Below are positions 51,240 to 61,451 of a stretch of 64,000 bases of DNA, one piece after another. Under the pieces are notes generated by a model. It was not told where the DNA came from, searched no databases, and saw nothing but the letters and a program-made list of their open reading frames with translations. The position numbers and the translations under genes were made by a program. Location: NCBI GenBank assembly GCA_029565675.1, contig JAKQNP010000003.1:79197-143196 (forward strand). The letters run 5' to 3'. The stretch's first letter is position 1, and the number at the start of each line of letters is the position of its first letter. The DNA comes from a bacterium. Its GTDB lineage: Bacteria > Zhuqueibacterota > Zhuqueibacteria > Residuimicrobiales > Oceaniaggregativiventaceae.

Positions 51240-53417
51240 ATGATGCCAAGACTCGTGTTTCTTCTATCGTTGATCCTCGTTTCCACTTTTCAACTCGCGC
51301 AGAGTCAAACACTCCAAACAGTTGATAACATACCAACTTCAACCTCTCCTAATCAAGACGCCGTCCAATCCATACCAGAATCGAAAGTTGAATTGCAGCA
51401 AATCAGCGCTGAAATGAAGACCAGCGTTTTGGCTCTGTTGAAACTGATCAAGGAAATCGAATCCAATCCGCCGATCGATGCGTTGGAAGTAGCCAAGGTC
51501 ATCGTTCCAAAGGCAGCCGTTCGAGAAACTGAAACACTGGAATCGTCGATTATTTTTCAGGCGGATAGAGAAGATGAGCTGACCATCTTAGAAAAACGCG
51601 AAACCGTTATTCAGGTTCACCTGGAAGACGGGCGAACAGGATGGATCAGCGATCGGGATGTGCAAATACTATCCAGAGCAGTTGAAAAAAAGCCGCCTTC
51701 CACCCTGCAAAATCTCTTTTCGTATGCAGCCCGAGCGATGCAGGACATCGAGCAGGACAAGACAAGGGCAGAAAAATTATCTGCGAATCTCCTGCAAAAT
51801 TTTCTCCAGTTATCGAACGAAGAAAAGGAACTAATCAAAATCGATTATCAAGCGGCGGTAATAGCGAGAAGTGCAATAGGTCAATATTACGAAACTGCCA
51901 CTCGGTTTTTTTCGCCCTATGCGAGTTATGCAGAACGCGCAATCCCTCTGTCTATCGCCCAGCCAGATCACTCTTCTCTCAACGGTCAAATCTCGTTGAA
52001 TGTCGGCAAATCCGCTTATGAATCGGCAAAAGAACACTCGGAAAGTTCGAGAAATATACAGGCGAATGTGACTTATCTTCTCAATGAAAGATCACGTCTC
52101 ATCGCCAATCTGGGCCATCGCAAAGAGGTGATGCAGACGCCCTTTTCCACAACTGATCTGACATTGGGGTATTCGCATCGCATGCAAAACGGCCTGCGAA
52201 TCGACAGCCGCTTGGGATATCTCGCGTACGATGACACAAATCTGGATCGAAATGATTTTGGCCAGATCACCGCCGATATGCAAATGGAAGTTGCATTGAA
52301 ACAAGGTCCGCGGTTATTTGGCAATATCACCCACATCAATAAAAATTTCAGCCAAAAAGGCGGCAATGATTTTGCCGCCACGCAATTCAATACGAATGCT
52401 CTTTTTAAAAACAACAAGAGCGAAACGACTTACTCCTTGCGAGGACTTTTACAGCAAAGCGATATCAGCTATCTTCATTTCAATCAGTTCACACCCCGCA
52501 TGCGATACCTCCGCCGTAAAACACCACAGAGCAACTTCGGCATTATTGCTGAACTGGATTATATAGGCTACGCAGAAGAAGCAAAAAACAACTCTTATTT
52601 TAAGGAAAAAATCGATTTACAATGGGCACAATACTCGTCTACTCAACAAAGACAGCAAATCGCCGGTTTGGTGGTTAAACAATTCCCGAATAACAGCCAG
52701 TTCAATTATGCACGTCTTAGCGGCGATCTGTCATGGCGCAGTGGGATAGCTGGAATGGGGACATCCACTTCTGCATCCGCCATACTCAACTTGTTCACCG
52801 ATGCCGATACACCACAAACTCACTTTATCGATCTGCGGGTGGATCGCAACCGCATCATGGAAAAATATTTTATCGACTTGAGTTTATGCAACCGCCTCTG
52901 GAGCGAAATAGATGCCAACAAACAACAAGATCATCAGCTGGACCTGTACAGCCAGGCAGGTCCGGTTTTTACCAATCATCAATTGGGACCCATATCGGTC
53001 AATCGCCTCAAGGTGGGATTCATCATCGGCAGTCATATTCTTTATGGATCTGGTGGTGATTTCTTAAAGAAGAACGGCAACTCGCTGCGATTCGGGATTG
53101 GTTTTGACACTTCCATGCGCTGGAAAAAAACCATTGGCATATTCTCCGGATCATTTGAAAAATCTGTCGTCTATGGCAATGAAATCGCTGTCAATTCTAT
53201 GACTGGACAAATGGATTTCGGCGAGTTGGTGCACCGCTCTCCGACATTTTTCCAATTCCGTTGTGAAACGCGGACGCCGATCAGCAGAGATTGGGATCTC
53301 GCTTTTAATCTCTCTCACTATTCTATCCAACCGGATGTGAACGATAAAACCAGCATCAATCCGCTGGAAAGTCTGAGCAAGTTTAAACTGTTCTTGGGGC
53401 TGGTTTATCGGTTTTAG
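51240..53417 (+). CDS. Large outer-membrane beta-barrel protein with an N-terminal SH3b-like domain
   Basis: GGAGG SD then ATGATG at 51240 and a signal peptide MMPRLVFLLSLILVSTFQLAQSQ. An N-terminal EDGRTGWISDRDVQIL SH3b-like segment. Many amphipathic strands. The C-terminus KLFLGLVYRF has alternating hydrophobics and a terminal Phe (OMP signature). Confidence 0.7.
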   Translation: MMPRLVFLLSLILVSTFQLAQSQTLQTVDNIPTSTSPNQDAVQSIPESKVELQQISAEMKTSVLALLKLIKEIESNPPIDALEVAKVIVPKAAVRETETLESSIIFQADREDELTILEKRETVIQVHLEDGRTGWISDRDVQILSRAVEKKPPSTLQNLFSYAARAMQDIEQDKTRAEKLSANLLQNFLQLSNEEKELIKIDYQAAVIARSAIGQYYETATRFFSPYASYAERAIPLSIAQPDHSSLNGQISLNVGKSAYESAKEHSESSRNIQANVTYLLNERSRLIANLGHRKEVMQTPFSTTDLTLGYSHRMQNGLRIDSRLGYLAYDDTNLDRNDFGQITADMQMEVALKQGPRLFGNITHINKNFSQKGGNDFAATQFNTNALFKNNKSETTYSLRGLLQQSDISYLHFNQFTPRMRYLRRKTPQSNFGIIAELDYIGYAEEAKNNSYFKEKIDLQWAQYSSTQQRQQIAGLVVKQFPNNSQFNYARLSGDLSWRSGIAGMGTSTSASAILNLFTDADTPQTHFIDLRVDRNRIMEKYFIDLSLCNRLWSEIDANKQQDHQLDLYSQAGPVFTNHQLGPISVNRLKVGFIIGSHILYGSGGDFLKKNGNSLRFGIGFDTSMRWKKTIGIFSGSFEKSVVYGNEIAVNSMTGQMDFGELVHRSPTFFQFRCETRTPISRDWDLAFNLSHYSIQPDVNDKTSINPLESLSKFKLFLGLVYRF

Positions 53418-53443
53418 GCTATTTTTTCGAGGGCGGAGGTTTT

Positions 53444-56400
53444 ATGCAAAAATCCGGTCGAATACCGCAAACCCTGTTGTTTTCACTGTTGTGCCTCATG
53501 CTTTATGCGATTCAGGGGTACCCGCAGGGAGTTCTTTTTTTCGGCAAATCCTTTGATGTGCGGTCCAGCATGGCCATCAGCCAGGCGAATCTGCCGGCAC
53601 AAATCGGTATCAGTGCGCAAAACATTACCAATCCAACGCCCTTGTATTGGCAGGAACCGCGCGCCGGCAATCTCTATGCAGCGCCAAACAATCCCCAGGG
53701 GCTTGCACCCTATACCTTGCTTCTGGGACAGGTTCTCGACAGTTACAATCCTGCCACTGCCGTGATCTTTGAAGCGCCGCCGCACCCCTATCTGATCCAA
53801 TCGATCAGCGCCGGTGGCACCACGGTCATCGCTGGCTATCACGAAAAAGGCAAGCCGCAAAATGCGGAAAATTTCACGGTTGCCTATGGAGGGCCGCGAA
53901 TCGCCATCGCTTTGGCCGGCGGCAATCCTGACATTGTTTTGGGAATACCAAACGCTGTTGTGATCTCTATTCCACCCGGCTTGGCGGCGGCCTGGTTGCG
54001 AGTGGATTTCGGCTCGCAAGTCATTCTGGCGGGTTTTGGAACCAACCAGATATTCACGATCCCGGTGACCACTGCAGTAATGACCCTCAACGTGACTTTT
54101 CCGATGAATTATTCCGGTGAATCGATTGCCCTTGAAGCCGTTGCCACTCAGGGAATCTTTACCGACCGCAGTCCGAGTTCACTGACTGGACCGGGAATAA
54201 ACAGCACGAGCAGTTGTGCTTCAGGTGTCGCTTCCTTTGGAGTCCAGAGAATACCCGCCTCCCTTAATGTCTCGGTGACGGCAGATCGAACAGTGGTCAG
54301 AAGCGGCGGAAGGGTACGCTTTACCTATACCGTGACCAATGGATCAGCCATACCGCTGCAAAATGTGGAACTCGTCGTCACATCCTTTCCAAAGATTGCC
54401 ATCGGTGCATTGCCTGCCGGGGGCAGCAGCAGCGCCAGCCAGGAAAAAGAGGATGTTTCGACCGATATAACCGAGCGGGCCCTAGCCAGTGCCACAGATG
54501 CCTTTAACAATCCGGTGCTTTCCTCACAGGCCGAGTTTACAGTGCGCGTCATCAGTCCGGCATTGCGATGTCATTTTTGGGCAAACGATTTGGAGATCAA
54601 GGCAGGAAAAGACCTGGTGTTGAATGCCACTGCCGACAATGATGGGGATGTGAAGCTGTTAGGAGTGACAATCAATATCACCCCATCCGGTCCGCGCGGG
54701 CTCGGCGACCTGGAGGTCGGACAATCGGGTTCCTCGCAAGTCACCACTCGGATATCAGCCACCACGACTTTTACGGCGGTGGCGACTGCGGTCGATGAAG
54801 TGCTCGGATCAGCTGTAAGTTCGGATCCGATCGAAGTGATGGTTAATTTTGTTCAACCTGCGATCCAGGTCGAGCTGAGTGCAGACAAGAGCAATGTCAA
54901 AGCCGGTAAGGAAGTGTTCTATTCCGGCCTGGTGCGGAATATCGGAACCACTGATCTGAGGTCGATCATCATCGTTGATGATCAGGGCTACCAGATCGCT
55001 TCCATCGCTTCGCTGGCACCGGGGACGATGCAAGGTTTTCGATTTTCCCGCAAAATTCAGCAAAACACAACAACCACGGTTGTGGCCACTGCACTTGATC
55101 CTTGGAATGATCCCATTAACGGGACCGCAAGTGTCAACATCACTGTTGTATCGCCTAAAATCAGTCTCAGCATGAATGTCGATAAAACCGAAGCCGGCAA
55201 TAACGAAGATATCACCATGACGATAGCAGTTACAAACATTGGCAACTGCGATATCGACGACATCAGCATTGCCACTTTTGGAGCTGGCATCGGAAACATC
55301 AATTGTGGTCGTCTTGCCGTTGGAGCGAGCAACACCCAATCAAAGACCTTCCGGATCAGCCAGTCCATAACCGTTTCTGCCCAGGCCAGCGGTATTGATC
55401 CAGAAAATGAAATTTGTCTCTCAAATTCGGTGGATCAGGCCCTGGTCTATCAAAAAAGCATCGGCGAATTGTTAGTCTTTCCGGAATTTGATGCGCTCGA
55501 AAAGGAAATCAATGCCCTCGCGCAAAAATTCGATTATCATGTGAGCAACTTTTTGCTTTTGTTTGATATTCACGACCAGCAAAAAACCGATCCCTCCAGC
55601 GATGGTACCCTTTTACAGGAATTGGCCGCTGCAAAAGCAGCTTTGACAGCTGCACAAGGCAAGTTGAGCGAACTGGCGGCTCTCCTGAAAGCGCAAGAAA
55701 ATTTGCTGAGCACCATCGCCACCCAAGCGCATGCAGGAATCAATCCTAAAGATTTGCCAAGTTACCTTGCAAGATTGGTTGCCTGCAACTCCAGGGTCCG
55801 AGAGATGGGGGAAAAAGTCGCTGCAATGGAAGGATTGCTTAAAGAGAAACGCTTGACCGATTTTACTATTTCCGGACAAGTCCTTTTCGAGGGCAAACCG
55901 GTCGGACCGGGGCAGGTCATTTGTGGACCCATCACCGCACCGGTTGATGCCGGCGGCGCTTTTACCATTGCCAATTTGCAGGGCGAGAAAGGCCAGAGCT
56001 TCACTCTGACCGCCTTCAAAGATCAATTGACCGGTGGGACGGCAGTCACTTTTGACGGCAAAGATATCGGCGGTGTTGTCATCACCGTAGCAGAACCGCA
56101 ACAAAGCGCCGCCGCACCGGGGACTTTGGACGACGCCATTGCGTCCCTGCAGGGAGACGAAGAGGAGCTTTGTACTCCTGAAGCCATTGCCTCGATCAAG
56201 GCAGGACTGGATTTTGCCATTGCGGCATCTCCTGCCATCTACAGCAAATTCAACAGTTACTACGAAAAACTACAAAAAGAGATCCGTGATCAGAGTGCCA
56301 ATCCCTGCAACAATGCGATAATCGCATACTGCCTGGCTAACGGGCAAAATCAAGCTTCTGAGCATGCCCTTCTCGCGGGGAAAATGCATTCAGCCGCCAA

Positions 56401-56992
56401 CGAGATTATCGTTCGAGCCTCCCTCTGCCCCGAAGTGGGCAGTCTGCAGGATGCGCTCGATATCGTGGCTGAGATTGACGGACGCGATGCTGAGATACAG
56501 GGGAAAGTGCAACTCATGAGCGCTGCTCTCCAACCCTATGGGTGCGATCAGGATAAAATGGAGCAAGATGGACAAAGAATCGCCGATAGCGGAAATGATC
56601 CCGAATTCATTCAAGACGGCGGCCTCGGACGGGAAATCCCAGGCGATGGTGTGGACAACAATGCAGATGGATTGCAGGATGAATTGATCCCAGGCGATGT
56701 GACCGGGAATGTCGTTATCTTTATCTATGATTCCGGAAGTCTGAAAGATGACGTTTTTAGCCTCTCGGTTTCGGGGCAAGGCGATCTGGGAACGACCCCT
56801 GCCGGCGGCGGACGCACTTATGGTCTCTCTCTTGCAGCCGGAGGGTATGTTGCTACAGTGACCGTCATCAGCGCTCCGGATAACGTCGGCACTTTTACCA
56901 TCCTCATCAAACAAGGCGATGAAACCCTGGCCAGTTTATCCGGCGCCCCGCCAGAGGGCGGTCAAAGCAGTATTTCGTTTACGGTCAAATAA
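53444..56992 (+). CDS. Giant (1182 aa) secreted cell-surface protein with DUF11-type repeat domains, a central coiled coil and a CarboxypepD_reg-like beta-sandwich
   Basis: GGCGGAGG SD and a signal peptide. Repeated YTVTNGS..PLQNVELVV / GLVRNIGTTDLRSIIIVD / IAVTNIGNCDIDDISI motifs (DUF11 conserved repeat). Coiled coil ~690-760. ISGQVLFEGKPVGPGQVI...FTIANL (CarbopepD_reg-like). Confidence 0.75.
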   Translation: MQKSGRIPQTLLFSLLCLMLYAIQGYPQGVLFFGKSFDVRSSMAISQANLPAQIGISAQNITNPTPLYWQEPRAGNLYAAPNNPQGLAPYTLLLGQVLDSYNPATAVIFEAPPHPYLIQSISAGGTTVIAGYHEKGKPQNAENFTVAYGGPRIAIALAGGNPDIVLGIPNAVVISIPPGLAAAWLRVDFGSQVILAGFGTNQIFTIPVTTAVMTLNVTFPMNYSGESIALEAVATQGIFTDRSPSSLTGPGINSTSSCASGVASFGVQRIPASLNVSVTADRTVVRSGGRVRFTYTVTNGSAIPLQNVELVVTSFPKIAIGALPAGGSSSASQEKEDVSTDITERALASATDAFNNPVLSSQAEFTVRVISPALRCHFWANDLEIKAGKDLVLNATADNDGDVKLLGVTINITPSGPRGLGDLEVGQSGSSQVTTRISATTTFTAVATAVDEVLGSAVSSDPIEVMVNFVQPAIQVELSADKSNVKAGKEVFYSGLVRNIGTTDLRSIIIVDDQGYQIASIASLAPGTMQGFRFSRKIQQNTTTTVVATALDPWNDPINGTASVNITVVSPKISLSMNVDKTEAGNNEDITMTIAVTNIGNCDIDDISIATFGAGIGNINCGRLAVGASNTQSKTFRISQSITVSAQASGIDPENEICLSNSVDQALVYQKSIGELLVFPEFDALEKEINALAQKFDYHVSNFLLLFDIHDQQKTDPSSDGTLLQELAAAKAALTAAQGKLSELAALLKAQENLLSTIATQAHAGINPKDLPSYLARLVACNSRVREMGEKVAAMEGLLKEKRLTDFTISGQVLFEGKPVGPGQVICGPITAPVDAGGAFTIANLQGEKGQSFTLTAFKDQLTGGTAVTFDGKDIGGVVITVAEPQQSAAAPGTLDDAIASLQGDEEELCTPEAIASIKAGLDFAIAASPAIYSKFNSYYEKLQKEIRDQSANPCNNAIIAYCLANGQNQASEHALLAGKMHSAANEIIVRASLCPEVGSLQDALDIVAEIDGRDAEIQGKVQLMSAALQPYGCDQDKMEQDGQRIADSGNDPEFIQDGGLGREIPGDGVDNNADGLQDELIPGDVTGNVVIFIYDSGSLKDDVFSLSVSGQGDLGTTPAGGGRTYGLSLAAGGYVATVTVISAPDNVGTFTILIKQGDETLASLSGAPPEGGQSSISFTVK

Positions 56993-57308
56993 AAGGGCAA
57001 TTCGAGGCGGTGATAGGGAGTCTTGTGACCGTTCAGTTCAGTGCGGATATTCCATCCTTTACCTCGATTATCCAGGAAAATCATTCGGGCGCGCACACCT
57101 AAATGGTGAAAGGCATTCGCAGGCCTTACAGGAACAGCTCTTATTGATGAAATTATTTGCCGGATCGCGAGGATCATGAAGCTAAACATGCAATCTGATG
57201 AATAGTCAAATGGAATGATTGCCTGTGCCGCTGAAGTACATTTGAGATGAGAACGATCAAACGGCAGTTGCACTGGCCCGAAGAGCAAGTTTTACAAGGC
57301 AGGCCTCA

Positions 57309-57794
57309 ATGATGCAGACAATCGCAAACGAAAAGGCGCCGGCTTACGCCATGCGGGAGGCATTTATAAATGCACCGATTTAATCGGTCTGGAGCATTTT
57401 AGCCGATTTCGAAGAATGGCCCGCATGGAATGAGAGCGTTAAGAAAATGCACCTTCAGGGCCAAGTCGCGGAAGGTACAGAGTTTCGCTGGATCGCCGGC
57501 AGCATGAAAATCCGATCGCGCATCGAACAAGTCGATCCCCCGTACCGGATCGGTTGGTCCGGAAGAACGCTGGGCATACGAGCACAGCACACGTGGACGT
57601 TTGCTGCGGTGGAAAAGGGCACCAAGGTGCGAACCGAGGAGTCGTTCGAAGGATTTGTTGTTTGGCTGTTTGCCAGGCAAATGCGAAAGGCTTTTGGATT
57701 AGCAAGCGCTGGTGCCACCCGGGGAAGCACTCCACTCCACATAACTCATTGGTTTCTGCCCATCTTGCCTACTTCATCCTGTCCCCGGGGATAA
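57309..57794 (+). pseudogene. SRPBCC (Polyketide_cyc2/AHSA1-like) family gene interrupted by a single in-frame TAA
   Basis: ATG at 57309/57312 gives MMQTIANEKAPAYAMREAFINAPI, then TAA (57381-57383), then SVWSILADFEEWPAWNESVKKMHLQG..., all in the same frame as ORF 57447-57794. The TAA sits where SRPBCC proteins normally have Glu (GAA). Confidence 0.6.
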
Positions 57795-57858
57795 CTCGCT
57801 TTTGCATTTACAGCTTCACTCCGATCGCTTCTACCCGCCAAACTGTGGAGGCTAGAAA

Positions 57859-59238
57859 ATGAAAATCAAACCGCTGCTCCTCGTCGTGCTTGCTCTGTTG
57901 GTCGTAACTATGCCTTCGCCTCTGACAGCCCAATGGAGCTATACCGGTGAACTGCAAATTGCGCGCTCCAGCCATACCGCCACCCTGCTGAACAACGGCA
58001 AGGTCCTGATCGCCGGCGGAAAAAATTTGAGAGAGGCGGAGCTTTACGACCCCGGCACCGGCAGCTTTAGCCTCACCGGCAGCACGAATAAATATTTCAT
58101 GCAGGGTTCATCGGCCACGTTGCTGCCCGATGGTCGGGTGCTGCTCGCCGGCGGAATCAGCGGTGAGAAATATGCTGAGATCTATGACCCAGCCACCGGG
58201 CTGTTTACGGCCACGGACAGCCTGGAAACCAACCACTCTTTTCACACTGCGAACCTGCTGGCGGACGGCCGTGTCCTGATCGCCGCCGGTAAGAATTATA
58301 AGGAAAATCAAAGCCATGCCGTCGCTGAGATCTACGATCCGGCATCGGGCACCTTTTCCAGGACCGGCAGTCTGTTGACGGACCGCTCCGGGCATGCCGC
58401 AATACAGCTCGCTGACGGTCGGGTGCTCATCGCAGGCGGCGGACAGACAACCGGACCCGGTACGGCCATCACCCTTTTATCTTGTGAGATTTACGACCCT
58501 GTAACCGGCCTTTTCACCGCTACCGGAAAAATGAATGTCTATCATTCCGGATTTTCACTGAGTCCCCTTCCCGACGGCCGGATTCTGGCTGTGGGCGCGT
58601 TCTCAAGTACAGCCTGCGATATTTTCGATCCGCAGACCGGTTTGTGGAGTGAAGCCGGCGCGGCGCTGAACACCCGCCGCAGGAATATGCAGACTGTCGC
58701 ATTGGGAAACGGCAGGATTCTCTTTATCGGCGGATTGATTCCGGCGATCACTCGCTCGGTGGGAATTTACGATCCCGTCAGCGGAACCTTTGCCTTCGCC
58801 GACAGCACGAATGCACCCCGCTGTGACCATTCGGCGACCCTTCTGCAGGACGGCCGTATTCTGGTCGCAGGCGGCTATACCGGCGGCGCCGACGTCAAGA
58901 CGGCGGAGCTCATCACCCCCGCCGCGCTGGGGGTTGCGGCTGCCGAACCCACCCTGCCCGCCGATTACAGCCTGCGACAAAACTATCCCAATCCCTTCAA
59001 TAGCGGTACTGTTGTGGAGTACACCCTGCTGCGGCCCGGTACAGTCACGGTTCAGGTTCTGGATCTGTCGGGCAAGACAATCGCGATCCTCGAGCAGGGA
59101 TTCAGGCAGGCAGGCTTACACCGAATGCAGTGGTCCGGCCGCGACGCCGCAGGCCGAGAGCTGCCCTCCGGATGTTATTTTCTGCGGCTGACCGCTCCGG
59201 GATCGTTGCAATCCCGTAAGATGCTGTTGCTGCGCTAA
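57859..59238 (+). CDS. Kelch-type beta-propeller protein with a T9SS C-terminal sorting domain
   Basis: DGRVLIAGG repeats (at least 6). The C-terminus has NYPNPFNSGTVVEYTL ... GCYFLRLTA ... KMLLLR. GGAGG SD. Confidence 0.85.
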   Translation: MKIKPLLLVVLALLVVTMPSPLTAQWSYTGELQIARSSHTATLLNNGKVLIAGGKNLREAELYDPGTGSFSLTGSTNKYFMQGSSATLLPDGRVLLAGGISGEKYAEIYDPATGLFTATDSLETNHSFHTANLLADGRVLIAAGKNYKENQSHAVAEIYDPASGTFSRTGSLLTDRSGHAAIQLADGRVLIAGGGQTTGPGTAITLLSCEIYDPVTGLFTATGKMNVYHSGFSLSPLPDGRILAVGAFSSTACDIFDPQTGLWSEAGAALNTRRRNMQTVALGNGRILFIGGLIPAITRSVGIYDPVSGTFAFADSTNAPRCDHSATLLQDGRILVAGGYTGGADVKTAELITPAALGVAAAEPTLPADYSLRQNYPNPFNSGTVVEYTLLRPGTVTVQVLDLSGKTIAILEQGFRQAGLHRMQWSGRDAAGRELPSGCYFLRLTAPGSLQSRKMLLLR

Positions 59239-59427
59239 TGAGTGGCTGCCAAAGCGGGAATTCCCAGCTTTGTCGTTCGATCGCAAAGGGACGAGGGCTT
59301 ATCGGGGTCGAATGTAAGCAGCTTCTGGCAGTCTATTGTCCCGGGCCATCAAATCGACTCGTAGGCGCCCTGCAAGTTTAACATCCCCTGGTTTCGCTTG
59401 GTTGGTGTTATATACGATCATTTTCAA

Positions 59428-59460
59428 CCGGGAATTCGATCCCCCATATCGAATTCCCGG
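59428..59460. repeat. Perfect 13-bp-arm palindrome CCGGGAATTCGAT-CCCCCAT-ATCGAATTCCCGG between convergent genes (terminator-like)
   Basis: Read directly. The related GGGAATTCCC palindrome is at 59257-59266, just after the 57859 gene stop. Confidence 0.55.
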
Positions 59461-59475
59461 CGGTCAGCATTTTTC

Positions 59476-61344
59476 CTACTTGATCAACATCATTCGTTTA
59501 ACGGCAGAATAATTTCCTGCGGTAAGTGAATAATGGTACACGCCGCTGGGCAATTCTGCGGCATTAAACTCGAGTTGAAAAGTGCCGGCATTCATAAACC
59601 GATCCAACAGAGTGGCGACTTTTTGTCCCATCATATTGTACACGGTCAATGTGGCGTGATCCGCTCTGGGCAGATTGAAACTGATCCGGGTTGTGGGATT
59701 GAACGGATTCGGATAGTTTTGTCCCAGCCCATAGTCCAGCGGCAGCGAACCGGAGATCTCTTTTACAGCAGTGGCGGAATTGTAAAAATAGACATTGTCG
59801 ACATATACCGTATTGGGATCACCCTCGATGACCATCTGAGCGAGGTGGCTTCTGGCGGCCAAACCGGTAAAATCGCTCAAGGGAACATCGATACTGACCC
59901 AAGATTCTGTCGCCAGCGTTGGTGCGGCAAAGGTCAGCTGGTGCTCGGTATCGTCGCCGCCTGCATAGGCCCCATTGGCGCCAAAGTCAACCAGCTTGAC
60001 CTTAAAAGCCGCTGGTTCTTCGGTTGGATCCGGTGTCCAAATGTCCATATGGAAATGGGTCAGAGTCGACGCGTCCACGGTTTGGGAGGTGAATTCGATC
60101 CCTGCAAAGGTCAAATTGGTGTAGAGTTTGGCATCATCGCCGGCAATCTGCACATCGGCAACATCGGCTGCATCCCATACCGCCGACCAGGTGTCGACCG
60201 TCACATTGGTATAGGCGTTGCTGAACAAAGAGATCACATTGGCGGCATCTACCGTTGGAGTCGGGGCGGCCTCTGTCGGCGCAGCGATGGTGGCAGATGG
60301 CACCTTGGAAAAATAGAGATTGTCGAGATAAACCGTGCCGTTGCCGACGAATTTCAGCTGGAAAATATCCGAAATCGCCAGACCTTGGTTGGTGAAATGG
60401 GTCAGCGGGATATCGACGGAAACCCACATTTCATTCATAACCGTGAAAACAAAATTCCTTTCTCCGGAAGATTGGCTGATCAAAAACACTTCCAGAGCAG
60501 TGGAATTTGGCGTCCAGAAATCCACATGCAGGTAAACCATTGCCGAAACATCCTGCACACTCCCGAGTTCGATTCCCTGATAATTCAAACCTGCGTAGAG
60601 CAGGGTCGAATCATCCGCCACTGTAACGATTGAAACCACTATCGATTGGCCCCAATTGGGATTGAAATTGGTACCCGGAATATCTGCATAGACATCGCTA
60701 AAGATCGAGATCACCTCTTCGGCTGCGGGCGTGGGCACCGGTGCGGCCTCGACAGGCTCGGGCAATGGGCCGGCAACAACACCATCCGGAACCTGAATGT
60801 TATCGAAATAGATAATGTTTTCAGCAGCTCGATCCTGACCTGTCACATAAGGTTCGACAAAATCCGGAATGATAACCAGTCGACCAAACTTTTGTCCCTC
60901 CAAAGCACTGAAATCAAAAGTCAACTCTTCCCAGGCATTGGTGACCGTATTGGCCACTTTGATCTCGGTTGCGGTTCCGGTTCCGCCCTCTACTTTAAAC
61001 CCGACGTTGCTGATCACGGGTTTATGAACCATGATCTTGATTGTCGAGTTGGTCCCATCAAAGGTAAACTCGCCGTCATCATTGGTGAAACACAGCGCCC
61101 AGTTGTTTCCCGTTTTTCTGGCTGTAAACTTCGCCACCGTCGCGGATGTGTTGGGTCCGGTTGCATTCGGATTGGCGACAAACTCGAGAGGCGGATTGTC
61201 TGCATTTTCTGCCACAGTCCAGTTCCATCCGGCCCCATCATCTGCCGACTCAAAACCTATGGTGTGCGTGGCCTGTGCCAGGGATAAACCGCTTATCGAT
61301 AGCATCAAGACCATTGCCAAAAATAAAGTTATTCTTGTCTTCAT
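59476..61344 (-). CDS. Secreted T9SS cargo protein with three tandem ~130-aa carbohydrate-binding-module-like repeats
   Basis: Signal peptide. Three repeats each ending in Y(F/L/V)DN(I/L/V)YF, separated by Pro/Ala/Thr linkers (PLPEPVEAAPVPTPAAEE, IAAPTEAAPTPT). The C-terminus has NYPNPFNPTTRISFNL ... GVYHYSL ... RMMLIK. GGAGGA SD. Confidence 0.8.
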   Translation of the reverse strand: MKTRITLFLAMVLMLSISGLSLAQATHTIGFESADDGAGWNWTVAENADNPPLEFVANPNATGPNTSATVAKFTARKTGNNWALCFTNDDGEFTFDGTNSTIKIMVHKPVISNVGFKVEGGTGTATEIKVANTVTNAWEELTFDFSALEGQKFGRLVIIPDFVEPYVTGQDRAAENIIYFDNIQVPDGVVAGPLPEPVEAAPVPTPAAEEVISIFSDVYADIPGTNFNPNWGQSIVVSIVTVADDSTLLYAGLNYQGIELGSVQDVSAMVYLHVDFWTPNSTALEVFLISQSSGERNFVFTVMNEMWVSVDIPLTHFTNQGLAISDIFQLKFVGNGTVYLDNLYFSKVPSATIAAPTEAAPTPTVDAANVISLFSNAYTNVTVDTWSAVWDAADVADVQIAGDDAKLYTNLTFAGIEFTSQTVDASTLTHFHMDIWTPDPTEEPAAFKVKLVDFGANGAYAGGDDTEHQLTFAAPTLATESWVSIDVPLSDFTGLAARSHLAQMVIEGDPNTVYVDNVYFYNSATAVKEISGSLPLDYGLGQNYPNPFNPTTRISFNLPRADHATLTVYNMMGQKVATLLDRFMNAGTFQLEFNAAELPSGVYHYSLTAGNYSAVKRMMLIK

Positions 61345-61451
61345 CTTTCCTCCAAAAATATTTGGTTTGTGCGTCTTTTATGTTGATGACCGATCTGCAG
61401 GTTCACCTCCTTTCAGACATGATATCCATCCATCCCAATCGACTTGACCTG

